This document shows positions 24,042 to 37,130 of a DNA stretch of 64,000 nucleotides, piece by piece (within the stretch, counting starts at the first letter, position 1; every line of letters begins with the position of its first letter). The translations under genes were made by a program, and so were the position numbers. This DNA is from Hormiphora californensis (Eukaryota > Animalia > Ctenophora), in assembly GCA_020137815.1 (NCBI GenBank), contig CM035351.1:5704001-5768000 (forward strand). The letters run 5' to 3'. Under the pieces are notes generated by a model that was given only the letters and a program-made list of their open reading frames with translations, had not been told where the DNA came from and ran no database searches.

Positions 24042-25489
24042 ATGATACGAATTGTCTGGACGTTAATCCTCTCAATTACCGCTGCCACGGATCTATTCAG
24101 TACGGCAGAGGAGGGGACATGTAATTCCGCTGGCAAGGAGGATTGTGGATGTGGCAGTTTAAAAAGGGAATCAAAATATAGCGAGAGATTTGCAGATGAT
24201 AAGATCAGTGAAATTAACACTGACGAAACAAATGACCATCCAAACATGATATTAATTTCAGGTACACTATTCTAACTCAAAATAAATATTTGATTCCCTC
24301 CTGAATCTGGTTGCCTAGCAACTAAAACACAATTTTACAGGCGGTAAGTTCACGATGGGAACAGACAAACCAATCATCTATCTTGATGCAGAATCACCAG
24401 CCCGGGAACTCAATCTCCCCTCTTTCCTCCTCGACAAATACGAAGTTACAAACTCTCAATTCTCTGAGTTCATCTCCGCCACTGGCTACCTGCCAGACGC
24501 AGAACGGTACGGTGACAGCTTTGTGTTGGACGGGTTACTAAGTCCCGCTGAGAACGCTAAAGTGGTATCAGTGGTCCAGGCTGCTCCGTGGTGGTTGCCC
24601 GTCCAGGGTGCCACTTGGGACCACCCGGAGGGCCAGGATACCGACCTGGAGGGCAGGATGGATCACCCTGTAATCCATGTTAGCTGGAACGATGCCAGGG
24701 CGTTCTGTTCCTGGGCGGGCAAGAGGTTACCCACTGAAGCGGAGTTCGAGAAGGCGTGTAAGGGTGGTCATGAGGGGAGGTTGTACCCTTGGGGAGATGG
24801 GGAGCTGGGAGAGGATGGGGCTCACATGGCCAACATCTGGCAGGTATAGAGGTTGTGTGTGAGATGTGAGGTCTCATCCTTGATGTGGTGTATGAGTGTG
24901 TTGATCCCAGGGCCGATTTAACAACTGATATAATAACTTCTATCTACAGGGCCGATTTAATAACTGATAATTTCTCTCTATCCCTCTCTATAATAGAGTA
25001 CAGGGCCATTAACTGATAACCTCTATCTCTATCTCTACAGGGCAAGTTTCCAAAAGAGAACACAGCGGAAGACGGATACAAACTGACATCGCCCGTTGGA
25101 GCATTTCCCGCTAATTCTTTTGGGGTGCACGATATGATAGGTGAGACTTTATCCTTCTTTTATACTTCCCTTAAACTCTGTTGAAACGAATGCTGAATAG
25201 CTGAAAATGAAATAATATGTTTTTACAGCCACTGCCTGGCTCCACATGTGTCCTAATATGTCACTATATTCTAGGTAACGCATGGGAATGGGTCGAGGAT
25301 TGGTGGACGGTTGACCACTCAGGTTCTGATGGATCCCCTCCCTCTCACGGGGAGGAGAAGGTGAAAAAGGGAGGATCTTTCATGTGCACACAGCAGTATT
25401 GTTATCGGTATAGATGCGAGGCTAGGACCAAGACAAGTCCAGATACTACTGGTCTAAATGTGGGCTTCAGGTGCGCTAAGAGCGTGTAG
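24042..25489 (+). CDS. SUMF1: Formylglycine-generating enzyme (sulfatase modifying factor 1), 4 exons
   Basis: Signal peptide, CGC motif, [42 protein letters not shown]. Confidence 0.95.
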
Positions 25490-25801
25490 TTACAAGTTCA
25501 GATACCACGCTAAGATCGTGTAATGTGATGAATATGTTGCTATGCATGGCGAATGTTATTTTGAAGGGTTTATATAAGTTCTTTCGTAGACACTTCTAAG
25601 TTATTTTTTCAATTTTCGTGTGTGATGTGATCCAGAGTTTATTGATGTTTATTTATTTTCTGATTTATCTTTAAAGTTGAATATATTAAATGACCTTATA
25701 TTGCCAACAAATTTGAATATCGATATTGTTTGCTTTGCTCGACCCTCTCTCTCCACAAGATATCTTGTAACTATGATCCCCTAAATCTTTAGAAATCGTT
25801 T

Positions 25802-28246
25802 ATGGTTTACACGATCCCCCGTCTGACCTCCTTCAACTATGTCCTATCTACTGACATCACCAGTGAGCTGACTATCAAAGTAGGAGGGCTGGATGGTAAA
25901 CCACCCCTTCCAACCACTTCCCACTCTGAACCACTTTACCGAGGAGACTTCCAACAGCTATACCCTGATCTTGCCTTCTCATGCTACCTCTGGGATAACG
26001 GAAACATCCTGACACTGCCCATATCTAACCTCGTACAGAGTGTTCACATCAAGGTGGCAGTGGAATGAGAGGTTGCCCCTGCCATATCGAGTATGTGATC
26101 TCCCCTCGACCGCCCAACTGATCTGTGAAGTTCACGAGATTCCTCAGTACCAAGGGGGATGTGGTTGTGGGTGGGGCAGCGGTTCCCATCTACACCACTG
26201 ACGGGATGCTGCAGTGTGGTCTCATTGATGTTAAGATCCACTTTGGGGAGTGGACTCCAGGAGGAGCTAGTGGGGAAGAGCCAGGAGGAGCTGTTAGTTC
26301 GGGATGAGATGACTGAGTTGGCGAGGCTGGTTAAACTCCACCATAGTGGGGAGATAGAGAAGGTAGATTGGTTAGATAGGCTCACATTCAGGGAGGTAGA
26401 ACATGTGAACGAGAGATCGAAACAGCAGCACTCTGCATATCACATGTCACTAGAGTTTCCCCCGGTTAGTTAGTCAGGGTATGATAGTGTCTGTTGTACA
26501 CCACAAAGGAGAGGAGGAGGGCCCCGTCCCCTCTGGTAATGATATCTGTCACGTGCATGATCCTGAGTTACTTCAGGAATCTTTAGTGGAGCAGAAACAT
26601 TTCAAGTTGTTCAGATCCCTTCGAAATGGTCCGGAGGCTAAGAATTTGAAGCCTAATGCAACTACGAAACACCATCTCAGCCTGGTGATAGATTACCCTG
26701 CCACCCGAGCACTGACATCTGACGAGAAGGATATGATATGGCTGTATAGGTACTACCTAGCTAGGTTCAAGAAGGCCCTGCCCAAGTTTCTCAAGTGTAT
26801 TGACTGGTCTGATGAGGCGGAGGTCTCTGTTGCCATGGAGCTAGTTGATATCTGGGAACCAATAGATGTAGAGGACGCCCTGGGACTCTTATCTCCTCAA
26901 TTCACGCACACTGTGGTGAGAATGTATGCGGTTAAGAGGCTCGGGGAGGCGAATGATGATGACCTCCGACTGTATCTCCTTCAACTCGTCCAAGCTCTCA
27001 AGTTTGATGGTGAAACTCCGAAAACAAAACTCTCTCCCGCTGGGTGAGTTTCTCATTTCTCGGGCGTGTTCAAACAGTTATTTTGGGAACTACTTCTACT
27101 GGTACCTTGTGTGTAGAATGTGATGACGCTATGCAGGAGCAGGACCGGGATCTGTATAGATTTATCCTGAGGAGCTTCAGAACAGAGTTAGATAATAGAG
27201 GAGTGGACGGTCAGAGGCAGAGGAAGTTGTTTATCCGACAGACAGGAACTGATCAAGTTGTTACGGGATGTCATGGAAACTCCAGGGAAAACTCGGCCTC
27301 AAAGAGTTGAAAATATGAAGATCGCTATTAGGGAGAAGGGGTTGGAAACATTTGAGACTGATATTCCTCTTCCACTGGATCCCCGGGTCAAGATAGTCGG
27401 TGTGGTTCCATGACAAGGCGAACCTTATTTAAAAGCTCAATGATGCCCGCTCGATTCCATTTTAAAACTATAGATGGCGGGGAGTATGTGACAATATTCA
27501 AGAATGGGGATGACCTCCGACAGGACCAACTGATATTACAGATTGTGGAGCTGATGGATAAACTGCTTTGTAAGGAGAATCTGAATCTCAAACTGAAACC
27601 CTACAGAGCCTTGGCAACGGGCCCAAAACACGGCTTCATCCAGTACGTAGACAGTAAAGCCGTTGCCACGGTGATACAAGAAAATGGAACAATCCTGAGT
27701 TACTTTCAGAAGCAATCCGCTGATAAGACCGTTCATCCTGATATCATGGACACTTATATTAGGAGTTGTGCAGGGTATTGTGTGATCACGTACATCCTTG
27801 GTGTGGGGGATCGTCACCTTGACAACCTGATGTTGACCAAATATGGTCATCTCCTGCACATTGACTTTGGTTATATCCTGGGGCAGGACCCCAAACCCTT
27901 CCCTCCTCCCATGAAACTGTCTAAGGAGATGGTAGAGGCAATGGGCGGTATTAATTCTCCCGAATACAGCAGTTTCAGGGAACACTGCTACAACGCTTTC
28001 CTAATCCTCCGCCGCTCAGCAGGTCTCATCATCAACCTGTTCTCCCTGATGCTTCGTGCTAACATCCAGGATATATCGATAGACCCGGAGGGGGCGGTAA
28101 GGAAGGTTGAGGACAAGTTTAGTTTGGATCTGACAGAGGAGGAGGCTGTGCAGTTGTTCCAGCATATCATTGATGCCAGTATCAGTGCCTTGTTCCCTGC
28201 TCTTATGGAGACTGCCCACAGAATCCGGCAGTACATCAAACGATAA
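25802..28246 (+). CDS. PIK3C3: Class III PI3-kinase Vps34, apparently intronless, with several frameshifts
   Basis: C2 domain, [12 protein letters not shown], helical domain ([22 protein letters not shown]), kinase motifs [24 protein letters not shown]. Confidence 0.9.
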
Positions 28247-28584
28247 CACAACGATCAATATGTGTTGACTGTTGTGAGCCCCGTAGTTATATAACTCAAC
28301 CTTTTATTGGTTGTCAGTGTTGTGTGTGTGATAAATTATTGATATGTTTTTGACGTTTGCTGATTTTCCTTCTTTTTTCTTTTCAGTTGTACTGTGTAAT
28401 GTACTAGTTGAATACAAGTTCTCGATTCTCAACTTGGAGTGGGTCAGCTTGTAATAATTTGTTGACTTCCAGTTATTATGTTGTATGATTTTGAGTTAAT
28501 GTTTATTGCAACACCTCTTGTTTCTTGTTTATACCGTGTTCAGTCTGTGTGTATCTAACTCTCTCTCTCTCCCCAGATAGTACT

Positions 28585-30273
28585 ATGACTGTCTGTTGCA
28601 TGGGATACATAACCCACCACATTGCACCACACAGCACTATCCCCTCTACTGCAGCAGTGGACTGCTGCAATATGAGGCCCATCTGGGGCGGGGTGTATCT
28701 TGATGGAAAATATTACGGTAAAGTTACAGATTGTCTGTCTGTCTTGTCACATAGTGTTTGTCTTCATGCCTCTCTCTCTCCCTATCTATATATTGCACAC
28801 TGTGCAGCTGTCTTCGCACCAATGTGTTGTTTATATTAAAACACGCACACACTCCATCATCATCCTCTCTCCGATAGGTCGGCGGCGGGTGGATCGGAGT
28901 AAAGAAGTCACGTGTTCAGATAGTGATGTCACGTATTCATCTAGTGATGTCACGTGTTCCCCTAGTGATGTCACGTGGGATGGGAGAATTTCCTGTTCTA
29001 ATAGGGCACCTACCTCAAAAGGAACTGTCTCTATAGTGACAGAACCAGTAGGAATACAGACAGGGGAAACGTGTAAGTTGTTCATCTGACTCTATCAATT
29101 CACCAAAAACAGCCACACAACACAGAATCCATTGCTAAAAACAATCCTTTCCTCAGCTGTGGCAATTGAGTACCCGCTACCTCTGAAGATTGTGTCCCTT
29201 GCTCTCGGTGCCCAGTTCTCCCTGGCTCTTGGGGATTGCGGGATAGTGTGGTCGTGGGGCATTAACAAGTTAGTATGATCTACATAATTAGTTAACCATA
29301 AGCTACATCATTAGTTAGTTTCATACATGAACAGATGCTGAGTTTAGTTGAAACAGCTTTATTTGTTGGTATTAGTAGGGTCACATCTTGAGGTGATTAT
29401 CTTAACCATCCCCTCAGTTATGGACAATGCGGCCATGGTCATGTTAACACCGTGACAGAACCCACTCCAATTGATATGTTGGGAGGATTGAGAATCACTT
29501 CAATCGCTGCTGGATACTGGCACTCTCTCGCTCTAACAGGTATACAGCTATTTTAGTCTCTTTGAATGTCTCTCCGTCCAGTTATTAACGCCGTTTAATT
29601 TGTTTTTCAGAATTCGGTGGAGCGTATTCGTGGGGTTGGAACAAGCGGGGACAACTCGGACTAGCAGGTACGCGCGCGGTTCAATTTCTAACAAAGTTCA
29701 CCCTGTCAGCACGGGTTTTCCCACGCTTTGTGTGTAGCACTGTACCGCGAACGCAGCAATGTTGCATTTTCACAAACGCCTCATCTTCAGGATTCACTTT
29801 GTTTGAGTTTGTAAAATATAAGACTGAACACTCAGTTCCGTGGTACAGGTGATGCTAAAATGATATCTCCTTCAGACGAGAGTGCAATAGAGTGCGAACC
29901 AGTGGCGCTGTTTGAAGACAGTTCAGAGATACAAAATGTGTCGTGCGGTACGGAGCACTCCGCCTTTTTATCAACAGGTAGATGTTTCGGTGGGGGGGGG
30001 GGGGGGTCCGATGTTTCTTGCACCTAATACCGCGTCAGCAGTGTCCATATCCTGGTAGACAGAACCTAACACCTCGTCATTGTGTTACAAGGTGGAGGAT
30101 TGTATCTATGCGGATGGAACAAGTATGGACAATGTTCCTCTGAAAGGGCGGAACAGACTGAGAGTGTCTTTCTGGATAACTCCCTATCTGCACACTCCCC
30201 TGTTATATCTGGTGTGGAATCCGTTACGTGTGGTCCTTGGTCAACCTACTACACACTCCTTTCTGAACCATGA
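28585..30273 (+). CDS. RCC1-repeat protein (RCCD1-like), multi-exon
   Basis: Exons encode VWSWGIN-YGQCGHG, IAAGYWHSLAL, WGWNKRGQLG, SCGTEHS, CGWNKYGQC, CGPWST. Confidence 0.75.
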
Positions 30274-30341
30274 TATTGGACAATAGTTTATAATTGATGT
30301 AAATTTCAAAGCATTTTAGACGGAAGTTGACAATATTTAGC

Positions 30342-31054
30342 ATGGCAGATTTTCTAGAGGGTGGTGATGGGGAAACGATGCAGAGAGATGTGGATATACA
30401 GGTGGATAGGATGCATTCGAACATCTTCAAACAAGGCTTCTCCACTGGCTTTGAGGCTGGAAGAGAAAAAGGTAAACTTCCAAAATCAGATACGATTTGA
30501 TGTTTATTGACGTAATAAGTTCACTAAGAACAACAAACATTATTTGCTTTACAGGAGTTCAGGCGGGCTTTGATCATGGGTTACCAGAAGGAGCTAAGCT
30601 AGGAGCTGAATGGGGCCGAATTGAGGGACAGATCAGGGCAGGAATTATACTGTACCCTCACAAGAGAGATCAATTAGATGTGCTGTTAGAGGAGATGAAT
30701 GCCCGGTTTAACGAGGCTAACACTTCACAATCTCGATTAACACAGAATCAGGTATTAATCAAACTTTTGGTGCACGAACAGGGGGCGCGACGTGCCCAAC
30801 TCAAACTTCTGATATAATCCTTGTTTCTTTCTCTCTAAAAACCCTCTATCACACAGGACTCGAGACAGGACTGTTCTTCCCGGGCGGAGACTGGGTGTTG
30901 CGGTGGTGGTAATTGTAATGACGTCACTTCTGGTAATGACGTCACATCATCATTTGCTGCTGATCTTCAGAAGTGCATGGTAGACATAGCATTTGACAGC
31001 CAATCACAAACTGAGAAATTTTCAGAACTTTTCAATCATATTATAAGTTTATGA
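30342..31054 (+). CDS. YAE1: Yae1-domain protein, 3 exons
   Basis: GxxxG array KQGFSTGFEAGREKG-VQAGFDHGLPEGAKLGAEWGRIEG typical of Yae1_N. Confidence 0.7.
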
Positions 31055-31212
31055 AGGGAACTTGATTTTTTTATGAAATAAGCAAAACAAGATCTGACTA
31101 GCTTCTTTTTAGTATCTCTTATTTGATTTTAACCTGTTTTATATGCTTTGTAGGATGTTTGATTATGTTTGTCAGACCTCACCCTTTTCTATTCCACTAG
31201 CCAAGTCACTAA

Positions 31213-33012
31213 ATGGATTTGGGGACTGCGTGTGCAGACGGACTCTTTGAGGTAGGGAAACAATCTATTTCAGCCCTAATATCAAGATTTGTTCTACTAA
31301 CTGATGGTTTAAAGTGAGAGTGGACCAAATCAGAATTGGACAAGTTTATTGTAGGTAGTAGAGATGAGATCTCTGAGCATTTTGCGTTTTTGCCGCTCAA
31401 AATCGACCCACCCATCACTGAGATATTTTTGTTATGTTGGGAGAACTCCTGTTTAATCAGTATGTAAAAAATAGAATAGAAACAATCACCATGTTTTACT
31501 AACACATTCTGAGTATAAGCAGTGAGGTTTACATGTCCATGTACAGAAGCAGAACAGTGCAAGTTAGCATATTAAAAATTTAGAGAATGTGTTAGTAAAA
31601 CACAAGGATTGTTTCTATCCTGTTTGATAAATATTGATCCAGCAGGAATTCTCCCAACATAACAAAAATATCTCAGTGATGGGTGGGTCGATTTTGAGCG
31701 GCAAAAACGCAAAATGCTCAGAAAGCTAATCTCTACCACCTACAACAAACTTGTTCAATTCTGATTCGGTCCACTCTCACTTTAACCAGACAAGACCTCA
31801 ATTTAACCCTTATCATTTCAGAGTGTATCAAGCATGTTGGAGAGTGGAGAGTCTGTGGATCAGTTGACATCTGACGGATTCACACCTCTCTGTCTAGCTG
31901 CATTTTGGGGACACACCGACATAGTGAAACTCCTCCTGTCCTTTGGGTATGCAATATCTGCACCATGTTTGTCAAACAGCTCTCCTAGGGGTTCCACAGT
32001 CAGACCCTAATGATCTTGTGACCGTGTAAATGTGTATCTAGTGTAGCACTGTGTGTAACCCCCATGTGTAACCCCCAGTACTATGTATGTGTTTCTTGTG
32101 ATGTGTACCAAGTGTAGCACTGTGTGTAACCCCCATGTGTAACCCCCTAGTACTGCACCGAACTATGTGTTTCTTGTGATGTGTATCAAGTGTAGCACTG
32201 TGTGTAACCCCCATGTGTAACCCCCTAGTACTGCACAGAGCTGATGTGAACAGGGCGAACAGGGGCACCCTGATGACTCCCCTTCACGCTGCGGCATTCC
32301 AAGGACGAGGCAAGATTCTACATATTCTCCTTGAGGCAGGGGGTGATGTTACAACACTTGACAAATATGGAAAGAGTCCTGCATTCTATGGGTCTGCTGA
32401 TGATGCAATCTGGCCACTTTTTGCAAGTACGTTGTCCTTTTAGTACTATATAACATCGCGTGTGTCCAACCCCATTCTTAACAGAGAAACTTACAAAAAG
32501 TATGGGTACTTTTGTGAGGGTATATTAACCCGGGTAAATTTTATAGATTGGTCCAATCTTATTCCGAATTCCGTTTTACAAATTTTAATTTTCTCAGGTA
32601 AAGGTTGCGAGAGAGAGGAACAGATGATACAGGCTGCCAACACTGAAATCATTCTTGATCAGGTACTATTATTGAGTAAGGAAGGGGTGTTTTGTACTAT
32701 TACCACCTTGTGTTAATCAGATGGAGATGTAATGTAATTAATATCAAGTTGAGATGCTTGTTGTCCACTTACTCAACAAGTGTCTTCAGTACTTTGCAAT
32801 CTATAGCCATTATCTGCCTTCCTCGACCCTCTCTCTCTCCGCACCCAAAACAAAACCATTATATAGCCTGATAAATATTCGTGCAGGATCAAGATAGACC
32901 CGGTACAGCTTATCTGGACCCTCTCAAGTCAAGACATCTGGCGATGGGAGATGTGCTGGGAAATACCACTTCCCAGCCTTCTGGACCAGAATTCACCGTG
33001 TGGGAGAAGTGA
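31213..33012 (+). CDS. Small ankyrin-repeat protein, 5 exons
   Basis: GFTPLCLAAFWGHTDIVKLLL, ADVN..TPLHAAAFQGRGKILHILLEAGGD. Confidence 0.8.
31313..31781. mobile_element. Foldback MITE with TTAA TSD (Kolobok-like) in ankyrin gene intron 1
   Basis: TTAA|AGTGAGAGTGG...CCACTCTCACT|TTAA; terminus nearly the same as the 19354 element. Confidence 0.85.
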
Positions 33013-33286
33013 ACAATTTCAAGACACTTCGGACTCGGAGTTCCCTTCGGACTCAGTACAGTTTGAGTTACACTTTACACATCTCATCATCAAGTCTGAG
33101 AGTGAGTCTTAGAGTTAGTGTCTTGAGACTCTCTCTAACACATAAATGATGATAGAATCATAAAATTAGCATGTTAATTTTGTTATTTTGTGTTACAATT
33201 TGTAATTTTATCATTGCATTATGCCTCTATTATGCAGCTTTGAGAGATTTGGTGTTTTAATTTCTCGTACCATGAGAATAGGCCCA

Positions 33287-33510
33287 TAAAGTCGGATTTT
33301 TTGAAACTGTCACCCACCTGAAATAACAAATTTGTCATATCTCCGGTTCCTGATAAGATAGAGACTTGAAATTTGGAGGTTCGGAAGAACTTAGCAAGAT
33401 CTTTATAACCTCCAAGTTTCAAGTCTCTATCTCATCAGGAACCGGACTTATTGTCATTTAAAGAAATTTGAAAACTCAGGGGGGTGACAGTTTCAAAAAA
33501 TCCGACTTTA
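33287..33510. mobile_element. About 220 bp MITE with TAAAGTCGGATTTTTTGAAACTGTCACCC termini
   Basis: Terminal and internal inverted repeats; partial copies near 10.9 kb and 11.8 kb. Confidence 0.85.
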
Positions 33511-33738
33511 GAGTCTATGATAAAGTCCGATTTTTTGAAACTGTCACCCCCCTTTTCGTGCGCGGAATGTTTTTGCGCGTCACATCACATGTTAGCGTGT
33601 GGTGTGCGCGTCAAATTTGATAAATTTCACATGCGCGGTCATTTTGGGGTGACAGTTTCAAAGGGGGGGGGGCCCGCGTGAATTTAATATCCATGTCCTA
33701 AATAAACACGTCCGACTTTAATGTCCCTGGGACATTAA

Positions 33739-35041
33739 GGGTACACCTGGCGTTTTTCATCATCGAGTGCCCAACCAAATGACTTCACCAGGGTTTAGGC
33801 CATACAAAATGGACCTCAAATATGCAATTTTAGCCCTAAAGTCGAATTCATATTTTTGCTACAGCCTATTTTCAAAGTGGCGTTTTTTCAATTTTTGGTG
33901 GAATTTTTAACCTCAGGACCACTTTTTTTGAGATAGAAACATTAAATTCTTGGAATTTGAAGAGAATATAAAGGTAAATAAGCCCAAAGAAGGATTTTTG
34001 AAATGGAGCTTATTTCTGGCCATGAGAACGGTTTACTTTTTTGCTTCTTTGACACGGTGGCTGAGAATGTTCCCATGCTTCATTAGAGATGAAAATCTGG
34101 AAATAGTTGCTCAAAACGATTATCTATGTGGCCCAAAAATTTTGGAACTTTCCCGCCAAAGATGTGGTGTACAGGGCTTGTTTTGTGAAACCCATCTTTT
34201 TGAAAAAGAGGGAAATTCCCTGTATCTCAAAAACGGATGATCGTAGAGACCTGCGACCAAGCTTAATCGATTCAGAAGGTCCGATTTTGGGGGGGTCTTC
34301 TGAGAGACATTTTGCTCCTACTCCAACCGTTTTTGCTGTAATTGCGAAAAAGGTATCAGTAAGTAAGGGGGAAATCAGCCCGAAGCAGGCTACTGGAATA
34401 GAGTTGTTCCCCCTTTCCATAGAATTGGTTTTTTGCAAGTACAGCAAAAACGGTTGGAGTAGGAGCAAAATGTCTCTCAGAAGACCCCCCCAAAATCGGA
34501 CCTTCTGAATCGATTAAGCTTGGTCGCAGGTCTCTACGATCATCCGTTTTTGAGATACAGGGAATTTCCCTCTTTTTCAAAAAGATGGGTTTCACAAAAC
34601 AAGCCCTGTACACCACATCTTTGGCGGGAAAGTTCCAAAATTTTTGGGCCACATAGATAATCGTTTTGAGCAACTATTTCCAGATTTTCATCTCTAATGA
34701 AGCATGGGAACATTCTCAGCCACCGTGTCAAAGAAGCAAAAAAGTAAACCGTTCTCATGGCCAGAAATAAGCTCCATTTCAAAAATCCTTCTTTGGGCTT
34801 ATTTACCTTTATATTCTCTTCAAATTCCAAGAATTTAATGTTTCTATCTCAAAAAAAGTGGTCCTGAGGTTAAAAATTCCACCAAAAATTGAAAAAACGC
34901 CACTTTGAAAATAGGCTGTAGCAAAAATATGAATTCGACTTTAGGGCTAAAATTGCATATTTGAGGTCCATTTTGTATGGCCTAAACCCTGGTGAAGTCA
35001 TTTGGTTGGGCACTCGATGATGAAAAACGCCAGGTGTACCC
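33739..35041. mobile_element. 1.3 kb foldback element with TTAA TSD (Kolobok-like)
   Basis: TTAA|GGGTACACC...GGTGTACCC|TTAA; about 600 bp essentially perfect arms that give mirror ORFs. Confidence 0.9.
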
Positions 35042-36220
35042 TTAAAGGACATTAAAGGACATTAAAAGACATCAAAGGACATTTAATTGAAACATGAATT
35101 TTCAGCTATTATTAAACTAAAATGGTGTTTTCAACCACTTAATATTTACCCCTAATGTCCCCTCTATCGATTCCAACCAATACCATAGATGTTGGGGGTG
35201 ATTAAGCCTCATTTTAGGGTGGCGTGGTACCTCTAAGCGAACCGCGGAAATTTTGTAGTTTTTGACTGGATGTCAAGGTTTTAAAGTGAAAATAGCCCCG
35301 ATTTTGATGAAACTTGGTCAGAATGGTCTTTGGGGTCTAATTAGAAGTCAAAAATTTTTCAAGTGCTCAAATCCTAAATTTAGGTTTTTCTAGGTTTTTT
35401 AGGTTTTTTGTCTTTTATGGGTTTCGGAAACGTCCTATAAAAGAATGAATAGAACCATCTTTCTCGGCGTGAAATTCTGCATCGATATTAGTCGCTTTAA
35501 ACCTTTCTATGACGTAAAGTTCAGAAGTTATGGTGGTAAGGTTTTTTAGGTTTTATTCGTTACACAGACATCGCAGATCAAAATGGTTTTCACTAAAATG
35601 ATTTCCTCATCAATAAACGTCGATTGACACCCTATAACATGGTGTTCTGACAAGAGGTTTGCCCGTTAGCCTTAAACATGTACCCGCCCCTATAACATAC
35701 ATACCCGTTTGCGTTTTTTGGGATGGCTTCGGAACCTTACGTCATAGAAAGGTTTATAGCCACTAAAATCGATGCAGAATTTCACGCCGAGAAAGATGGT
35801 TCTATTCATTTTGTTCTAGGACGTTCCTGAAACCCATAAAAGCAAAAACAAAACCTAAAAAACCTAAAAATCGTAAATTTAGGATTTGAGCACTAAAATT
35901 TAGACACCAAACACTATTCTGACCAAGTTTCATCAAAATCGGAGCTGTTCTCTCTCACTTTTATGACTTCGGTGTCTTCTCTACTCGTTTCATAAGATGA
36001 TTTTGTGATATCGTCTAGGCTAGAAATATGCACATGTAAAAAAGGTACCGCACCCACGTCCCACGCAAAAGCAAGCCCAATCACCACTGAACATTTATGA
36101 ACATTCATTGGAATCGAAAGATGGGACCTTTAGTAGTACATTGGCGGTAGAAATGTTTGGTAACACATTGTGAAATGGTTTTTGGAAGTTAAAATTTCTT
36201 GTCCTTTAATGTCCTTTAAT

Positions 36221-36565
36221 GGGGGGGGTGACACGTAACACTTTGTAACACTTTGTAACATGTGCAGAAAACTTTTTGTGCACGTTACATGTTACAAAGT
36301 GTTACAAAGTGTTACAAAGTGTTACAAAGTGTTACAAAGTGTTACAAAATGTTACAAAGTGTTACAAAATGTTACAAAGTGTTACAAAATGTTACAAAAT
36401 GGGCATTTTTTGCAACATTTTGCAACATTTTGCAACATTTTGTAACACTTTGTAACACTTTGTAACACTTTGTAACGCTTGTAACACTTTGTAACATGTG
36501 CAGAAAATATTTTGTGCACGTTACATGTTACAAAGTGTTACAAAGTGTTACGTGTCACCCCCCCC
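36221..36565. mobile_element. Poly-G-terminated MITE built from (GTTACAAAGT)n repeats
   Basis: GGGGGGGGTGACACGTAAC...GTTACGTGTCACCCCCCCC flanked by a (CC)TTTAAT duplication. Confidence 0.8.
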
Positions 36566-37130
36566 TTTAATGTCCTTTAATCAGGGTGTGAACTGCATGT
36601 CGTGTTTGCTAGTCGCGAGCGCGCTTGCGAGACAAGCAAACACGTCAAGGTTCATTAACAAGCATGCTGCTCAGTCATTTTAGATTTAATACACAATGTA
36701 AGGATACCATGTAATAGGTGAGACTCTTGCCGTCACCCTCGTTCAAGTCCCGTGAAAAACGGAGCAGTACACGCAAACTGATGCCCATTTTCCTCGCGTG
36801 ACCCCGATTCAGCAGTTTGAGACACCAACTCTTTAGGGGGCCATATCTCAGGAACCAGACAAGATAGGAAAAATCGCCGTCTAACGAGGCGTACAGTTTT
36901 TAATCTAGTTTACCACTGTACCGGTCGTTTCACTCTCCGACCTAAAACAAAAATCGCAACCCCACAAAACTTCAAAATAATGAAATTCGCATCTCGCATG
37001 TCGTGTTGCATGTCGTGTCATGTTATTGACGCGCTCGCGTTCAACTCTCACACAGCAGCTGCAGAACATGGCGGGAAACATCGAGGAGTAGAGAGAGGGT
37101 CGGTGCCGAATCAAATATTTCTTGATCTTG

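Noticed and set aside
99-28246. Programmed frameshifting or RNA editing as the cause of broken host ORFs
   Set aside because: Breaks are scattered without a shared signal and hit essential genes; consensus indel error is more parsimonious.
33950-34830. Identical ORFs on opposite strands (also 36905-37360 vs 39353-39806)
   Set aside because: Mirror artefacts of inverted-repeat arms with no recognisable motifs.
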